Notes under the pieces: generated by a model
Databases searched by the model: none
What the model saw: only the letters and a program-made list of their open reading frames with translations
Told to the model about the DNA's origin: nothing
Source of the DNA: Alphaproteobacteria bacterium
GTDB lineage: Bacteria > Pseudomonadota > Alphaproteobacteria > Micavibrionales > Micavibrionaceae
DNA length: 64,000 bases
Reading direction: 5' to 3'
NCBI GenBank assembly: GCA_049652985.1
Contig: JBASFK010000004.1
Coordinates: 251,879 to 315,878, forward strand
Position numbers and translations under genes: made by a program
Shown: positions 11,934 through 21,586 of the stretch, piece by piece
How positions within the stretch are numbered: position 1 is the first letter of the stretch
How the letters are laid out: every line of letters begins with the position of its first letter

Positions 11934-11971
11934 AAATCCCTGCCTGCGTGATGCGGCAGGGATTTTTCTTT
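11934..11971 (+). terminator. Rho-independent terminator
   Basis: Stem AAATCCCTGCC (11934-11944) pairs with GGCAGGGATTT (11955-11965), followed by TTTTCTTT. Confidence 0.6.
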
Positions 11972-12005
11972 GGTTAAACGTACTCCCCGTGATAGACCAA
12001 CCCCC

Positions 12006-13295
12006 ATGAGACCATCTTCCCGCATACAGGCCGTGATCGAGATATACGAAAAGATCGACGCCGCTAAAATTCCGATGGATGCCGTCGTCGGCGATTACAT
12101 GCGCCATCGTCGTTATATTGGCTCGAAAGACCGCGCCGACATTGCCGAGCGCACCTATAACGTCATGCGCGCATGGGGCCGCCTGAACTGGTGGCTGGAA
12201 CGCGCAGGCGCCGAAGCGACGCCCCGCAACGCCCTGATTGCCAACACTGTGCTGGCTGAAAATGCCGACGAAAACAAGATAAAGGATTTTTTTGACGGCT
12301 CGAAATTCGCGCCCGCCCCGCTGAACGGCGAGGAAATCGCGTTGTTCGAGCGCTTCAAGGGTAAATCGCTCGATCATCCTGACATGCCCGAAGCCGTGCG
12401 CGTTGAATGCCCGCCTTATTACGAAGAGGCGCTGCGCGGCTATTTCGGCGCCGATTTTGCCGATGAACTGAAGGCCATGCAAAAATCCGCGACGCTGGAT
12501 ATGCGCGCGAATGTTTTCGTCGCGCCGCGCGACAAGGTGAAGGCATTGCTCGCCAAGGACGGTGTTGAAACAGACGACACGCCTTTTTCTCCGTGGGGCC
12601 TGCGCGCGCGTGACAAGGCTTATCTTTCAAAGACCAAGGCTTTTGCCAAGGGCCTCGTTGAAATCCAGGATGAAGGCTCGCAGATGATCGCCCATGTCTG
12701 CGGGGCGAAACGCGGCATGCAGGTGCTGGATTTCTGCGCCGGCGGCGGCGGGAAAACGCTGGCGCTGGCGGCGGCGATGGAACGCAAGGGCCGCATCGTC
12801 GCGATGGACATGGACGAGCGCCGTCTGCAAAAGGGCAAAGAAAGATTCAGGAAGGCGCAGGTCGCCGATATCGTCGAGGTACGGCCCCTGTCAGAAGAGC
12901 GCCACCGCAAATGGCTGCGCCGTCAGAAGGAGACGTTCGACATTGTCCTGTGCGATGTGCCGTGCACGGGAACGGGAACGTGGCGCCGCAACCCTGACAA
13001 GCGCTGGAAGCTTTACGGACCGGGCCTTGAGGAACTGACCAAAACGCAGGGCGAAATCCTGGATAAGGTCGCGGGCTGTGTAAAGCCGGGCGGGCGCCTG
13101 GTCTATGCTACATGCTCGCTGCTTCCGGTCGAAAACGAAAATCAGGTCGAAGAATTTCTGAAACGCCACCCGCAATTTTCGGTTTCGCCCGTCGATGAAA
13201 GACTGGGCGCGCCTTTCATGCGCCTGACGCCCCGCCGTCATAACACCGACGGTTTTTTTGCGGCTGTCCTCGTGAAAAACGCAACGCAGGCATGA
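12006..13295 (+). CDS. RsmB/NOP-family rRNA cytosine-C5 methyltransferase
   Basis: SAM motif DFCAGGGGKT; catalytic DVPCTGTGTWRRNPD and ATCS. Start at ATG 12006 clears the upstream terminator. Confidence 0.85.
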   Translation: MRPSSRIQAVIEIYEKIDAAKIPMDAVVGDYMRHRRYIGSKDRADIAERTYNVMRAWGRLNWWLERAGAEATPRNALIANTVLAENADENKIKDFFDGSKFAPAPLNGEEIALFERFKGKSLDHPDMPEAVRVECPPYYEEALRGYFGADFADELKAMQKSATLDMRANVFVAPRDKVKALLAKDGVETDDTPFSPWGLRARDKAYLSKTKAFAKGLVEIQDEGSQMIAHVCGAKRGMQVLDFCAGGGGKTLALAAAMERKGRIVAMDMDERRLQKGKERFRKAQVADIVEVRPLSEERHRKWLRRQKETFDIVLCDVPCTGTGTWRRNPDKRWKLYGPGLEELTKTQGEILDKVAGCVKPGGRLVYATCSLLPVENENQVEEFLKRHPQFSVSPVDERLGAPFMRLTPRRHNTDGFFAAVLVKNATQA

Positions 13296-13337
13296 GCAGG
13301 CCACTTCTCAGTGGATGATCCTCGAAGCCCGCAAAAT

Positions 13338-13366
13338 TTGACAGGTTTATGTTTTCATAATATAAA
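13338..13366 (+). promoter_or_regulatory. Near-consensus sigma70-type promoter (TTGACA-17 nt-TATAAA)
   Basis: TTGACA at 13338-13343, a 17-nt spacer, then TATAAA at 13361-13366. The next ATG (13374) lies about 7 nt after the -10 element. Confidence 0.35.
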
Positions 13367-13373
13367 ACCGTTC

Positions 13374-13598
13374 ATGTTCTCACTGAAAACATTGACGGAC
13401 AAGTTTATGGCGGAGGCGACCAAATTGTTGGATGCCGTAAGCTACCGGCCGAAACAGGAATCGCGGGCTTCTGAACCCGAAATCACATACCCGAACCCCG
13501 ATAAAGGCAAGCCGCTATCTGAGACGACCCATATCGAGATATGCGAAGTGGGCGCGAACAGGGGAAAAATTACGATTAAACCTCTACGTGAATTTTAA
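13374..13598 (+). CDS. Small hypothetical protein (74 aa), possibly leaderless
   Basis: In-frame ATG within ORF 13311..13598, immediately after the promoter-like element. No family recognised. Confidence 0.35.
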   Translation: MFSLKTLTDKFMAEATKLLDAVSYRPKQESRASEPEITYPNPDKGKPLSETTHIEICEVGANRGKITIKPLREF

Positions 13599-13619
13599 CC
13601 GGTAACTTCGGCGGTGGGT

Positions 13620-15926
13620 CTAAGCCGCCGCGCTGGACTTCGCCTTGGCGCGCATCTGCTTCGCCGCTGCCACCATATTTTTCAGCGCCGGTTTCACTTC
13701 CTTCCAGCCGCGTGTTTTCAGACCGCAATCAGGGTTCACCCAGAGTTGCCGCGCATCGATCACCCTAGCCGCTTTTTCGAGCAGGCCGGTCATCTCGCTC
13801 ACATCCGGTACGCGCGGGGAGTGGATGTCGTAAACGCCGGGGCCGATCTCGTTCGGGTATTTGAATTCCGCGAACGCGTCCAGCAGGCGCATTTGCGAGC
13901 GCGACGTTTCAATTGAAATCACGTCGGCGTCCATCGCCGCGACCGATTCAATGATCGTATTGAAATCGCTGTAGCACATATGCGTGTGGATCTGCGTCTT
14001 GTCCTCGACGCCGCTCGCCGATATGCGGAAATTCTCGACGGCCTTGTCGAGGTAATCCTTGTAATCCGCCTTACGCAGGGGAAGGCCCTCGCGTATGGCC
14101 GCTTCATCGATCTGGATCATGCGGATGCCGGCCTTTTCAAGGTCCGTGACCTCGTCGCGGATGGCGAGCGCGATCTGCCGCGCCGTAATATAGCGCGGCT
14201 GGTCGTCGCGCACGAACGACCACTGGAGAATGGTAATCGGGCCGGTGAGCATGCCTTTCATGACCTTGTCCGTGAGGCTCTGCGCGTATTTCGACCACTC
14301 GACGGTCATGGGTTTGGGGCGTGACACATCGCCGAAAATAATCGGCGGCTTCACGCAGCGCGAGCCGTAGGACTGCACCCAGCCGTTTGATGAAAACACG
14401 AAACCGGCGAGCTGCTCACCGAAATATTCGACCATGTCGTTGCGCTCGGGCTCGCCATGCACAAGCACGTCGATATCGATTTCATGCTGGAAATCGACGA
14501 CCGATTTGATTTCATCCTGCATGGCGCGCTTATAGGCGGGCTCGTCGATTTTTCCGGCCTTGAATTCAGCGCGGGCTTTGCGGATATTTTCCGTCTGCGG
14601 GAACGAACCGATCGACGTCGTCGGGAACAGCGGCAGACCGAGCGCGGCATGCTGGATCTTCTGGCGCTCCTTGAACGATGATTTGCGTTTCATCATGCCG
14701 GGCGTAATCGCGTTCATGCGTTCCTGCACTTTTTTGTCGTGGATGCGCGGGGATGTTTTGCGTTCATTCACGATTCCGTCGCTCACCTGCAATGCCAGCG
14801 AAACGGATTCCCGACCGTTATTGACGGCCTTGGCGATGGTGACGATCTCGGCAACTTTCTGCGTCGCGAACGCCATCCAGTTTTTCACCTGCGGGTCGAG
14901 CGCGGTTTCATTATCGAGATCGACCGGCGTGTGCAGCAATGAGCAGCTCGGTGCTACGAAAACCTTGTCGGTGCCGAGTTTCTGCATGGCCCTCTCGATT
15001 TTCTGAATCGAGCCGGATAGGTCGTTTTTCCAGATGTTCCGCCCGTCGATAACGCCGAGCGAGAGCGTTTTGTCCCCGGCCTTTGCAAGAATTTTATCCA
15101 GTTGATCGGCCCCGCGCACGAGATCAACATGGATGCCAGCGACGGGAAGAGCGAATGCGGTGTCGGTATTATCGCGCAAGGACTCGAAATAAGTGGCGAC
15201 AAGAATTTTGAGGCCCGGAACCGCCGCGGCGATCATTTTATAGGCGGTTTTGTAAGCGTCCCTGTAACGGTCCTCGAGGTCGAGCGCGAGTGCTGGCTCG
15301 TCGATCTGCACCCATTCCGCACCAAGATTTTGCAGGTTTTTCAGGATATGAATGTAAGCCTTGACGATGCCGGGCACGAGCGTGCAACGGCATTCATCGA
15401 AACCTTCAATCTTGCTTCCCGCCAGCAAATAAGTGAGGGGGCCGACGAGCACGGGACGCGTCTGGATACCGAGCGCCTTGGCTTCGGAATATTCATCGAA
15501 GATTTTCGTCGAGGAAATCTGGAAGTTCATGTCCGGCGACAGTTCCGGCACGAGATAGTGATAGTTGGTATCCAGCCACTTGGTCATTGTCATCGCCGTG
15601 ACGTCGACGCCGCCTTGCTGACGCCCGCGCGCCATGGCGAAATATGTGTCGAGATCGACATTGCCGCCCTTCCAGTTGTAACGCTTCGGCACTGCCCCGA
15701 GCAGCGCGGTCATGTCGAGAACATGGTCGTAGAAAGAGAAATCGTTGGAGGGGATATGATCGATCCCGGCGTCTTTCTGGAGTTTCCAGTGCCTTGCCCG
15801 CAATTCCTTGCCTGCTTTAAGCAGATCTTGCTCGGAACTTTTACCCGCCCAGAAACTTTCGACGGCTTTTTTTAGTTCGCGGTGAGCGCCGATGCGTGGG
15901 AAGCCAAGATTTGTTGCGAGGACCAT
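13620..15926 (-). CDS. metE: Cobalamin-independent methionine synthase
   Basis: 768 aa, full-length MetE-like (LGFPRIGAHRELKKA...HTHMCYS...). Confidence 0.97.
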   Translation of the reverse strand: MVLATNLGFPRIGAHRELKKAVESFWAGKSSEQDLLKAGKELRARHWKLQKDAGIDHIPSNDFSFYDHVLDMTALLGAVPKRYNWKGGNVDLDTYFAMARGRQQGGVDVTAMTMTKWLDTNYHYLVPELSPDMNFQISSTKIFDEYSEAKALGIQTRPVLVGPLTYLLAGSKIEGFDECRCTLVPGIVKAYIHILKNLQNLGAEWVQIDEPALALDLEDRYRDAYKTAYKMIAAAVPGLKILVATYFESLRDNTDTAFALPVAGIHVDLVRGADQLDKILAKAGDKTLSLGVIDGRNIWKNDLSGSIQKIERAMQKLGTDKVFVAPSCSLLHTPVDLDNETALDPQVKNWMAFATQKVAEIVTIAKAVNNGRESVSLALQVSDGIVNERKTSPRIHDKKVQERMNAITPGMMKRKSSFKERQKIQHAALGLPLFPTTSIGSFPQTENIRKARAEFKAGKIDEPAYKRAMQDEIKSVVDFQHEIDIDVLVHGEPERNDMVEYFGEQLAGFVFSSNGWVQSYGSRCVKPPIIFGDVSRPKPMTVEWSKYAQSLTDKVMKGMLTGPITILQWSFVRDDQPRYITARQIALAIRDEVTDLEKAGIRMIQIDEAAIREGLPLRKADYKDYLDKAVENFRISASGVEDKTQIHTHMCYSDFNTIIESVAAMDADVISIETSRSQMRLLDAFAEFKYPNEIGPGVYDIHSPRVPDVSEMTGLLEKAARVIDARQLWVNPDCGLKTRGWKEVKPALKNMVAAAKQMRAKAKSSAAA

Positions 15927-15942
15927 GTATATCTCCTTTGGT

Positions 15943-16791
15943 CTAGTTTTTTACTGAATTATTGAGGGCATCACAAGCCTGCGCCGTGATGTCCGCTTTG
16001 TTGAGCGTATAGAAATGGATATGAGATACGCCGTTTTTGGCGAGGTCTAACGCCTGCGTGATGAGCAGTTCCCCGGCGTATTTGCGCGCATCTTCCGGCT
16101 TGCCTTCGAATTTTGAAAAGCCGTCGGCCAGCCATTGCGGCACGCCTGCCTGGCACCGCCCGGCAAAACGCGTCATGGCCTTGAAATCGTGGACCGGCAG
16201 CAGACCGGGGCAGATGGGAGTCGTGATGCCGGCTTTCCGGCATTTCTCGACAAAGCTGTAGAATTTATCGTTCTCGAAAAAGAACTGCGTAATCGCGCGC
16301 GTGGCCCCGGCGTCGCATTTTTTCTTAAGCGCTTGGATATCATCGTCCAGGGATTTTGAGTCGGGGTGTTTTTCAGGATAGGCGGCCACGGAAATTTCAA
16401 ACTGGTGGCGTTTGCACAGGGCCTCGATGAAATCACTCGTATACTGGAAATAATTTTTATCATGCGCCAGCGGCCATGACAGGTCGGGCGGTAAATCGCC
16501 GCGCAGTGCGATAACATGGCGCGTGCCGTTTTTCCACAGCGCGTCGGTCACAGCAAAAACATCGTCCCGCGTCGTGTTGATGAAGGTCAGGTGCGCCGCT
16601 ACGGGCAGGTTGGTTTTCTTCCGCAGTTCCGCAACAATGCCGAGGGTTTTATCACGCGTCGAGCCGCCTGCGCCGTAGGTCACCGTCATAAAGGCTGGGT
16701 TCAGAGCCGCCAGCGCAGGAATAGCGTCCCAGAACGCCGCTTCGGCGGCCTCGGTTTTCGGCGGAAAAAATTCAAAGCTGTAGGTGGTCAC
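15943..16791 (-). CDS. metF: 5,10-methylenetetrahydrofolate reductase
   Basis: SFEFFPPKT...TYGAGGSTR... GTG start. It lies 16 bp upstream of metE, so probably in one operon. Confidence 0.95.
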   Translation of the reverse strand: MTTYSFEFFPPKTEAAEAAFWDAIPALAALNPAFMTVTYGAGGSTRDKTLGIVAELRKKTNLPVAAHLTFINTTRDDVFAVTDALWKNGTRHVIALRGDLPPDLSWPLAHDKNYFQYTSDFIEALCKRHQFEISVAAYPEKHPDSKSLDDDIQALKKKCDAGATRAITQFFFENDKFYSFVEKCRKAGITTPICPGLLPVHDFKAMTRFAGRCQAGVPQWLADGFSKFEGKPEDARKYAGELLITQALDLAKNGVSHIHFYTLNKADITAQACDALNNSVKN

Positions 16792-16799
16792 AATGTTTT

Positions 16800-16856
16800 C
16801 TCCCTTTTAGCCTTGGTGACGCGGTGCAAGCTGGCCCGGATAAATCAGGATTCAAA
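16800..16856 (-). promoter_or_regulatory. Candidate SAM-II riboswitch in the metF-metE leader
   Basis: The minus strand reads CCUGAUUUAUCCGGGCCAGCUUGCACCGCGUCACCAAGGCUAAAAGGGAG. GAUUU, GCUUG and AAGGCUAAAAGG resemble the SAM-II core. The SD (AAGGGAG) lies in the 3' pseudoknot strand. The context is a methionine operon in an alphaproteobacterium. Confidence 0.5.
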
Positions 16857-16947
16857 TGCCGCGGCTGTATCACACAGCCTTATTTTTATAGGTTAATTCA
16901 GGCGGCGCGGCAATTGCATTTTTAAGGCCCGTATTGTAGAAGTGCTC

Positions 16948-18549
16948 ATGACAAACAAAGCCCCGCAGACAGCTCCCAAAACAACAGCCAACATCCAGCG
17001 CCACGACCGCATCCTGATCCTCGATTTCGGCTCGCAGGTCACACAGCTCATTGCCAGGCGCCTCCGCGAAAACGGGGTTTACTGCGAAATCTGGCCTTTC
17101 AACCAGGCGCCCGAGGAACGGGTAAAAGGCTTCGCGCCGAAAGGCATCATCCTCTCCGGCGGCCCGGCCAGCGTGACGAAATCCGATTCCCCCCGCGCGC
17201 CGGACTACGTATTCAATCTCGGCCTGCCGCTTTTGGGAATTTGCTACGGCCAGCAGACGATGGTCCAGCAGCTCGGCGGCAAGGTCGAAGGCTCCGACCA
17301 TCAGGAATTCGGTCGCGCCTACGTCAAGGTGCAAAAACCCTGCGCGATTTTCGAAGGCATCTGGAGCCCCGGCGCCAGCGAACAGGTCTGGATGAGCCAC
17401 GGCGACCGTGTCACGAAACTCCCCTCCGGGTTCGAGGTTGTCGGAATTTCAGAGGGCGCGCCCTTCGCCGCCGTCGCCGACGACAAGCGCCATTTCTACG
17501 GCGTGCAGTTCCACCCCGAGGTGATGCACACGCCGCACGGCACGCAGCTTCTCAAAAATTTCACGCATTTAGTGTGCGGCTGCAAGGGCGACTGGACCAT
17601 GGCGGCGTTCCGCGAAGAAGCCGTCGCGAAAATCCGCAAGCAGGTCGGCAAGGGCAAAGTGATCTGCGGCCTGTCGGGCGGCGTGGACTCGAGCGTTACC
17701 GCCGTGCTGCTGCACGAGGCGATCGGCGACCAGCTGACATGCATTTATGTCGATACCGGCCTGATGCGCGCGAATGAAAGCAAACAGGTCGTCGACATGT
17801 TCCGCGGCGCTTACAACATTCCCCTCGTCCATGAGGACGCGAGCGAGCGGTTCCTGAACGGCCTCGAGGGCATCTCCGAGCCGGAAATGAAACGCAAACT
17901 CATCGGCGCGATGTTCATCGACGTGTTCGAAAAACTCACCAAAGAAGCCGGGCAGGCGGAATTCCTCGCGCAGGGCACGCTGTACCCGGATGTGATCGAA
18001 AGCGTGTCGTTCACGGGTGGCCCGAGCGTCACGATCAAAAGCCACCACAATGTCGGCGGCCTGCCCGAGACGATGAAACTGAAACTGGTTGAGCCGCTCC
18101 GCGAACTGTTCAAGGACGAAGTGAGGGCGCTGGGCCGCGAGCTTGGCATGCCCGAGGAATTCATCAAGCGCCACCCGTTCCCCGGCCCCGGCCTCGCGAT
18201 CCGCATTCCCGGCGAAATCACGCGTGAGAAGCTCGAAATTTTGCGCAAGGCCGACACGGTCTATCTCGAGGAAATCCGCAACGCCGGTCTGTACGACGCG
18301 ATCTGGCAGGCCTTCGCCGTGCTGCTCCCGGTCAAAACCGTCGGCGTCATGGGCGATGACAGGACGTATGATTTCGTCTGCGCGCTCCGCGCCGTGACCA
18401 GCACCGACGGCATGACGGCGGATTCATACCCGTTCAGCCACGATTTCCTCTCCCGCGTCGCCACGCGCATCATCAACGAAGTGCGCGGCATCAACCGCGT
18501 CGTCTATGACGTGACGTCCAAGCCCCCGGGGACGATTGAGTGGGAATAG
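16948..18549 (+). CDS. guaA: GMP synthase (glutamine-hydrolysing)
   Basis: GATase domain (ILILDFGSQ...GICYG) plus ATP-PPase SGGVDSSV. Ends ...[11 protein letters not shown]. Start at ATG 16948. Confidence 0.97.
   Translation: MTNKAPQTAPKTTANIQRHDRILILDFGSQVTQLIARRLRENGVYCEIWPFNQAPEERVKGFAPKGIILSGGPASVTKSDSPRAPDYVFNLGLPLLGICYGQQTMVQQLGGKVEGSDHQEFGRAYVKVQKPCAIFEGIWSPGASEQVWMSHGDRVTKLPSGFEVVGISEGAPFAAVADDKRHFYGVQFHPEVMHTPHGTQLLKNFTHLVCGCKGDWTMAAFREEAVAKIRKQVGKGKVICGLSGGVDSSVTAVLLHEAIGDQLTCIYVDTGLMRANESKQVVDMFRGAYNIPLVHEDASERFLNGLEGISEPEMKRKLIGAMFIDVFEKLTKEAGQAEFLAQGTLYPDVIESVSFTGGPSVTIKSHHNVGGLPETMKLKLVEPLRELFKDEVRALGRELGMPEEFIKRHPFPGPGLAIRIPGEITREKLEILRKADTVYLEEIRNAGLYDAIWQAFAVLLPVKTVGVMGDDRTYDFVCALRAVTSTDGMTADSYPFSHDFLSRVATRIINEVRGINRVVYDVTSKPPGTIEWE
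18530..18549 (+). repeat. att core copy 1 (the functional guaA terminus, ACG ATT GAG TGG GAA TAG)
   Basis: GGACGATTGAGTGGGAATA recurs at 28113-28131 (18/19 identical). GACGATTGAGTGGGA recurs at 28551-28565 (15/15 identical). Confidence 0.85.
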
Positions 18550-18611
18550 TTATTTTCCAAAAAATAACTAATAACTAGTTGATATTAAACAAAACTAGCA
18601 ATAATCTGTTC

Positions 18612-18632
18612 ACTACAAACTAACTGTAAACT
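18612..18632 (+). promoter_or_regulatory. Candidate arm-type integrase-binding motifs (ACTACAAAC, CTGTAAACT)
   Basis: The same two 9-mers occur adjacently in both distal arms: CTGYAAACTTACTACAAAC at 28054-28072 and 28491-28509. Confidence 0.4.
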
Positions 18633-18672
18633 CTGATATAATTCGGGCAGTTAGCTTTTGGGCCGAGTGAAC

Positions 18673-19983
18673 ATGCAGTCAAAAAAACGGATTATTGTGA
18701 ACAATCAAAGCCTCAGCATTCAAAAACCTGCCGTCAGCCGCAAGAAGCGTATGAAAAAAGACAACTCCCATCGAATTGTTGATGAGGTCGAAATATTGGA
18801 TGGCGAGGTTAAAGTAATCCGTACGACCAAAAGTGGACAATTTTGGTCCATGTCTTGTTGGCTACGTGAAGAAGGCAAGTGCTATCGGCGTTCATTAAGA
18901 ACAAGAAATCTTGACGAAGCTAAGCAGTTAGCCCGCGACCAATATATTCAAATTAAAGGCGATCTTAAATCAGGTAACAGGATTTTTACGAAGACAGCCG
19001 AAGAACTTGTTCAGGATTTTATCAACCATAAAACTGAAGAGGCAAAAGCAGGTCTTATTACTGAAGGACGTGTTCAAACCATCAGTATATCTTTAAATCG
19101 TTGGTTTTTAAAATATGTCGGTCATACAAAAAAACTCGACAAAATTACGCGACATGATTTTAAAGAATATTTTATATGGCGCAGGAAGCATGCTCCTGAT
19201 GTACGAAATTCAACGCTAACCAATGATCGTGCGCTTATCTCCTCGTTATTTAAATACGGCATTTCACATGGCTATTTAAAGTTTGAGCAGGCCCCGATCT
19301 TCCCTAAATTATCGATTAAAAAGGCTGATGTTGAACGTCGTGATGACCTTACTTTGGCAGAATGGCAACAGATGTTTCGGGCATTTCCAAGTTGGATCAA
19401 AAAATCAAAAGATGAAAAAGAGAAAGAACAGCGTCTCTTTATAAAAGATTTCTTGGTAATAGCCGCTAATACAGGCTTAAGGTTTGGCGAACTAAGAAAA
19501 TTAAAATGGAATATGATTAGAACGTATCAAGCAAAGCGCACAGGCCATCATATACACGTAGAAATTTCGGTTCCTCCCGATACAAAGACAGGGCCAAGAA
19601 CAGCAATCGGGCAAAGAGGAGATGTCTTTGACCGTATTAAAAAACTTTCAAAATTTACTAAGCCTAATGATTGGGTTTTCGTGGATAATGAAACTGGAGA
19701 TCAAATACATAAGAAGGTCTATTACAAGCAATGGCCGCTGCTTTTAAAAGAAAGCAAGCTATCGGATAGTAATAAAAATCTGACGTATTATTCCTTAAGA
19801 CACACCTACATCACATTCAGATTAATCGCTGAAACTAATATATTTTTCCTCGCTAAAAACGTAGGAACAAGTGTCCGGATGATCGAAAATCACTATGAAC
19901 ATGTGAAAACAGATGAGATGAGGCGCGAACTTACAAAATCTAAAAAACGTGATGAAGCTACAAAAATTTTGATAGGGGACTAA
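18673..19983 (+). CDS. int: Tyrosine-type site-specific integrase
   Basis: C-terminal catalytic motifs TGLRFGELRKLKW, YSLRHTYITF and MIENHYEHV. It sits next to the att site at guaA. ATG 18673 preferred over TTG 18658. Confidence 0.9.
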   Translation: MQSKKRIIVNNQSLSIQKPAVSRKKRMKKDNSHRIVDEVEILDGEVKVIRTTKSGQFWSMSCWLREEGKCYRRSLRTRNLDEAKQLARDQYIQIKGDLKSGNRIFTKTAEELVQDFINHKTEEAKAGLITEGRVQTISISLNRWFLKYVGHTKKLDKITRHDFKEYFIWRRKHAPDVRNSTLTNDRALISSLFKYGISHGYLKFEQAPIFPKLSIKKADVERRDDLTLAEWQQMFRAFPSWIKKSKDEKEKEQRLFIKDFLVIAANTGLRFGELRKLKWNMIRTYQAKRTGHHIHVEISVPPDTKTGPRTAIGQRGDVFDRIKKLSKFTKPNDWVFVDNETGDQIHKKVYYKQWPLLLKESKLSDSNKNLTYYSLRHTYITFRLIAETNIFFLAKNVGTSVRMIENHYEHVKTDEMRRELTKSKKRDEATKILIGD

Positions 19984-20008
19984 AATTTAGTTTTAGTTAT
20001 AGGATAAG

Positions 20009-21586
20009 ATGACGTTAGAAATAGTCCCACAAAATGCTCGCTTTACACCTATCAATTTATCTAATTTCATTGAGCATTTAAGAAGACATCAGCAAAAATC
20101 TATAATAAGTAGTGGTTCGTACTTATGTTGGGAAGCGTTTAGAAATCCAGAATTTAAATCTAAGTTGTCATCGCAGCTTCAGCTTATAGAATCTTATGCA
20201 CCCAAAATAATACTCCTAGCTTTAGCAACTGCAAATAATCAGAGAAATCTGACTGTAAATAATGAAGAATTCTATAATTTGTGTAGCAGTTTTCTTCATA
20301 TACGCACTCCTATTTCCGATAAACCTTTTTTGGATTTAGAAGCTAAAAAAATTACTGAAGAGTTAAATGCTGTATGCACAAAAAAGGGCAATATTCCTGT
20401 TGAAAGAATTCATGAAGAATTAATAAGAGCTAGCTGTTCGATAATGTTTATATCTCGAGGGGTCACTGCGCAGCATCGTAATTTTAAAATGAGTTTGGAG
20501 GAAATGTTTAGAGATTATCTCATTATTAAGCACATTGATTCTCAAACTTCTAATGAAGCATCTCGAATTTTAAAGAATATATTTGGTATCGATACACTAC
20601 AGATATTTCGCTCAGCTTTTGGTCTGTTTTCTGTAGCTAATGATACTAATCGAAATGGTTCTCTGAATTTCGGAACGTTAACTTGTGATGTTGCTTTAAC
20701 TGACCGTTTGAAAATAGATCTAACAACATGTCTTTCAGTGGCCACAAACACTTCCTATAAAGAAAGCGATTTGCGCGAGAACTGGCTTAATAAGGAAGTT
20801 CTTTCGGAACATGAGCTTTATCAGTCTTATGCTCCCGATCCCTTATCCTATAATCCTATCATTCACAGAGATAGATCAGTATTAGAGAATCAATTCTTAA
20901 TTCCATCGCCTGGCTTATTCTTTCGAGGCTTTCGGCAATCCCTATTCTCCATTCTTTATCAAAATGCTTCGAATAAAGGAGATATGGGAAGACAAATAGG
21001 CAATGCAATAGAAACTCACATTGAAGTAGCCTTAAAAAGCATTTTTTCGAAAGATCGAGTAACAAAAATTCAAAGCGATGAAAGACAAGCAGATTTTTTA
21101 ATTCAGCTCGAAAAAATCGATCTAATAATCGAGATCAAATCAATGATTGGAGGTATTTCAGATAAATTTGTTATGCGACCAGATCACACTGCTAAAATGT
21201 GGAATCGTCTTTATAGTGCATGTACACAATGTGCATCTTCATTAAAAACGGACGGCACAAAAAATAAACCAATCATTCCTATTATTTTAATCGCAGACCA
21301 TATCACAGCGGAACATTTACCCTTTGATCATTATGCATTCCATGCGGGCCTATATAAAGACTCAGGCATCAATGCGATTGAATATATTTCATGGAATTCT
21401 TTAGAGGATATTCTTTCGAAAACATCTATTGCCGAATTTGAAAAGGCATTATTGAAAAAATGGAAGGATCCAGCAAGAGTTACAGTCGGTACTTCAATGG
21501 CTTTAGACTTAAACAGAGATACACCTGCACATGAATATCAATATCTAAAAGATGCAGAAGTAGAAATTTTTATGAGAGAAATATAA
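20009..21586 (+). CDS. Unknown N-terminal domain fused to a C-terminal PD-(D/E)xK-type nuclease motif set (putative)
   Basis: 525 aa. Ordered motifs GNAIETHIEVAL (E335), QADFLI (D362) and LIIEIKS (E375-x-K377). The first ~330 aa have no recognised motif. Confidence 0.5.
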   Translation: MTLEIVPQNARFTPINLSNFIEHLRRHQQKSIISSGSYLCWEAFRNPEFKSKLSSQLQLIESYAPKIILLALATANNQRNLTVNNEEFYNLCSSFLHIRTPISDKPFLDLEAKKITEELNAVCTKKGNIPVERIHEELIRASCSIMFISRGVTAQHRNFKMSLEEMFRDYLIIKHIDSQTSNEASRILKNIFGIDTLQIFRSAFGLFSVANDTNRNGSLNFGTLTCDVALTDRLKIDLTTCLSVATNTSYKESDLRENWLNKEVLSEHELYQSYAPDPLSYNPIIHRDRSVLENQFLIPSPGLFFRGFRQSLFSILYQNASNKGDMGRQIGNAIETHIEVALKSIFSKDRVTKIQSDERQADFLIQLEKIDLIIEIKSMIGGISDKFVMRPDHTAKMWNRLYSACTQCASSLKTDGTKNKPIIPIILIADHITAEHLPFDHYAFHAGLYKDSGINAIEYISWNSLEDILSKTSIAEFEKALLKKWKDPARVTVGTSMALDLNRDTPAHEYQYLKDAEVEIFMREI

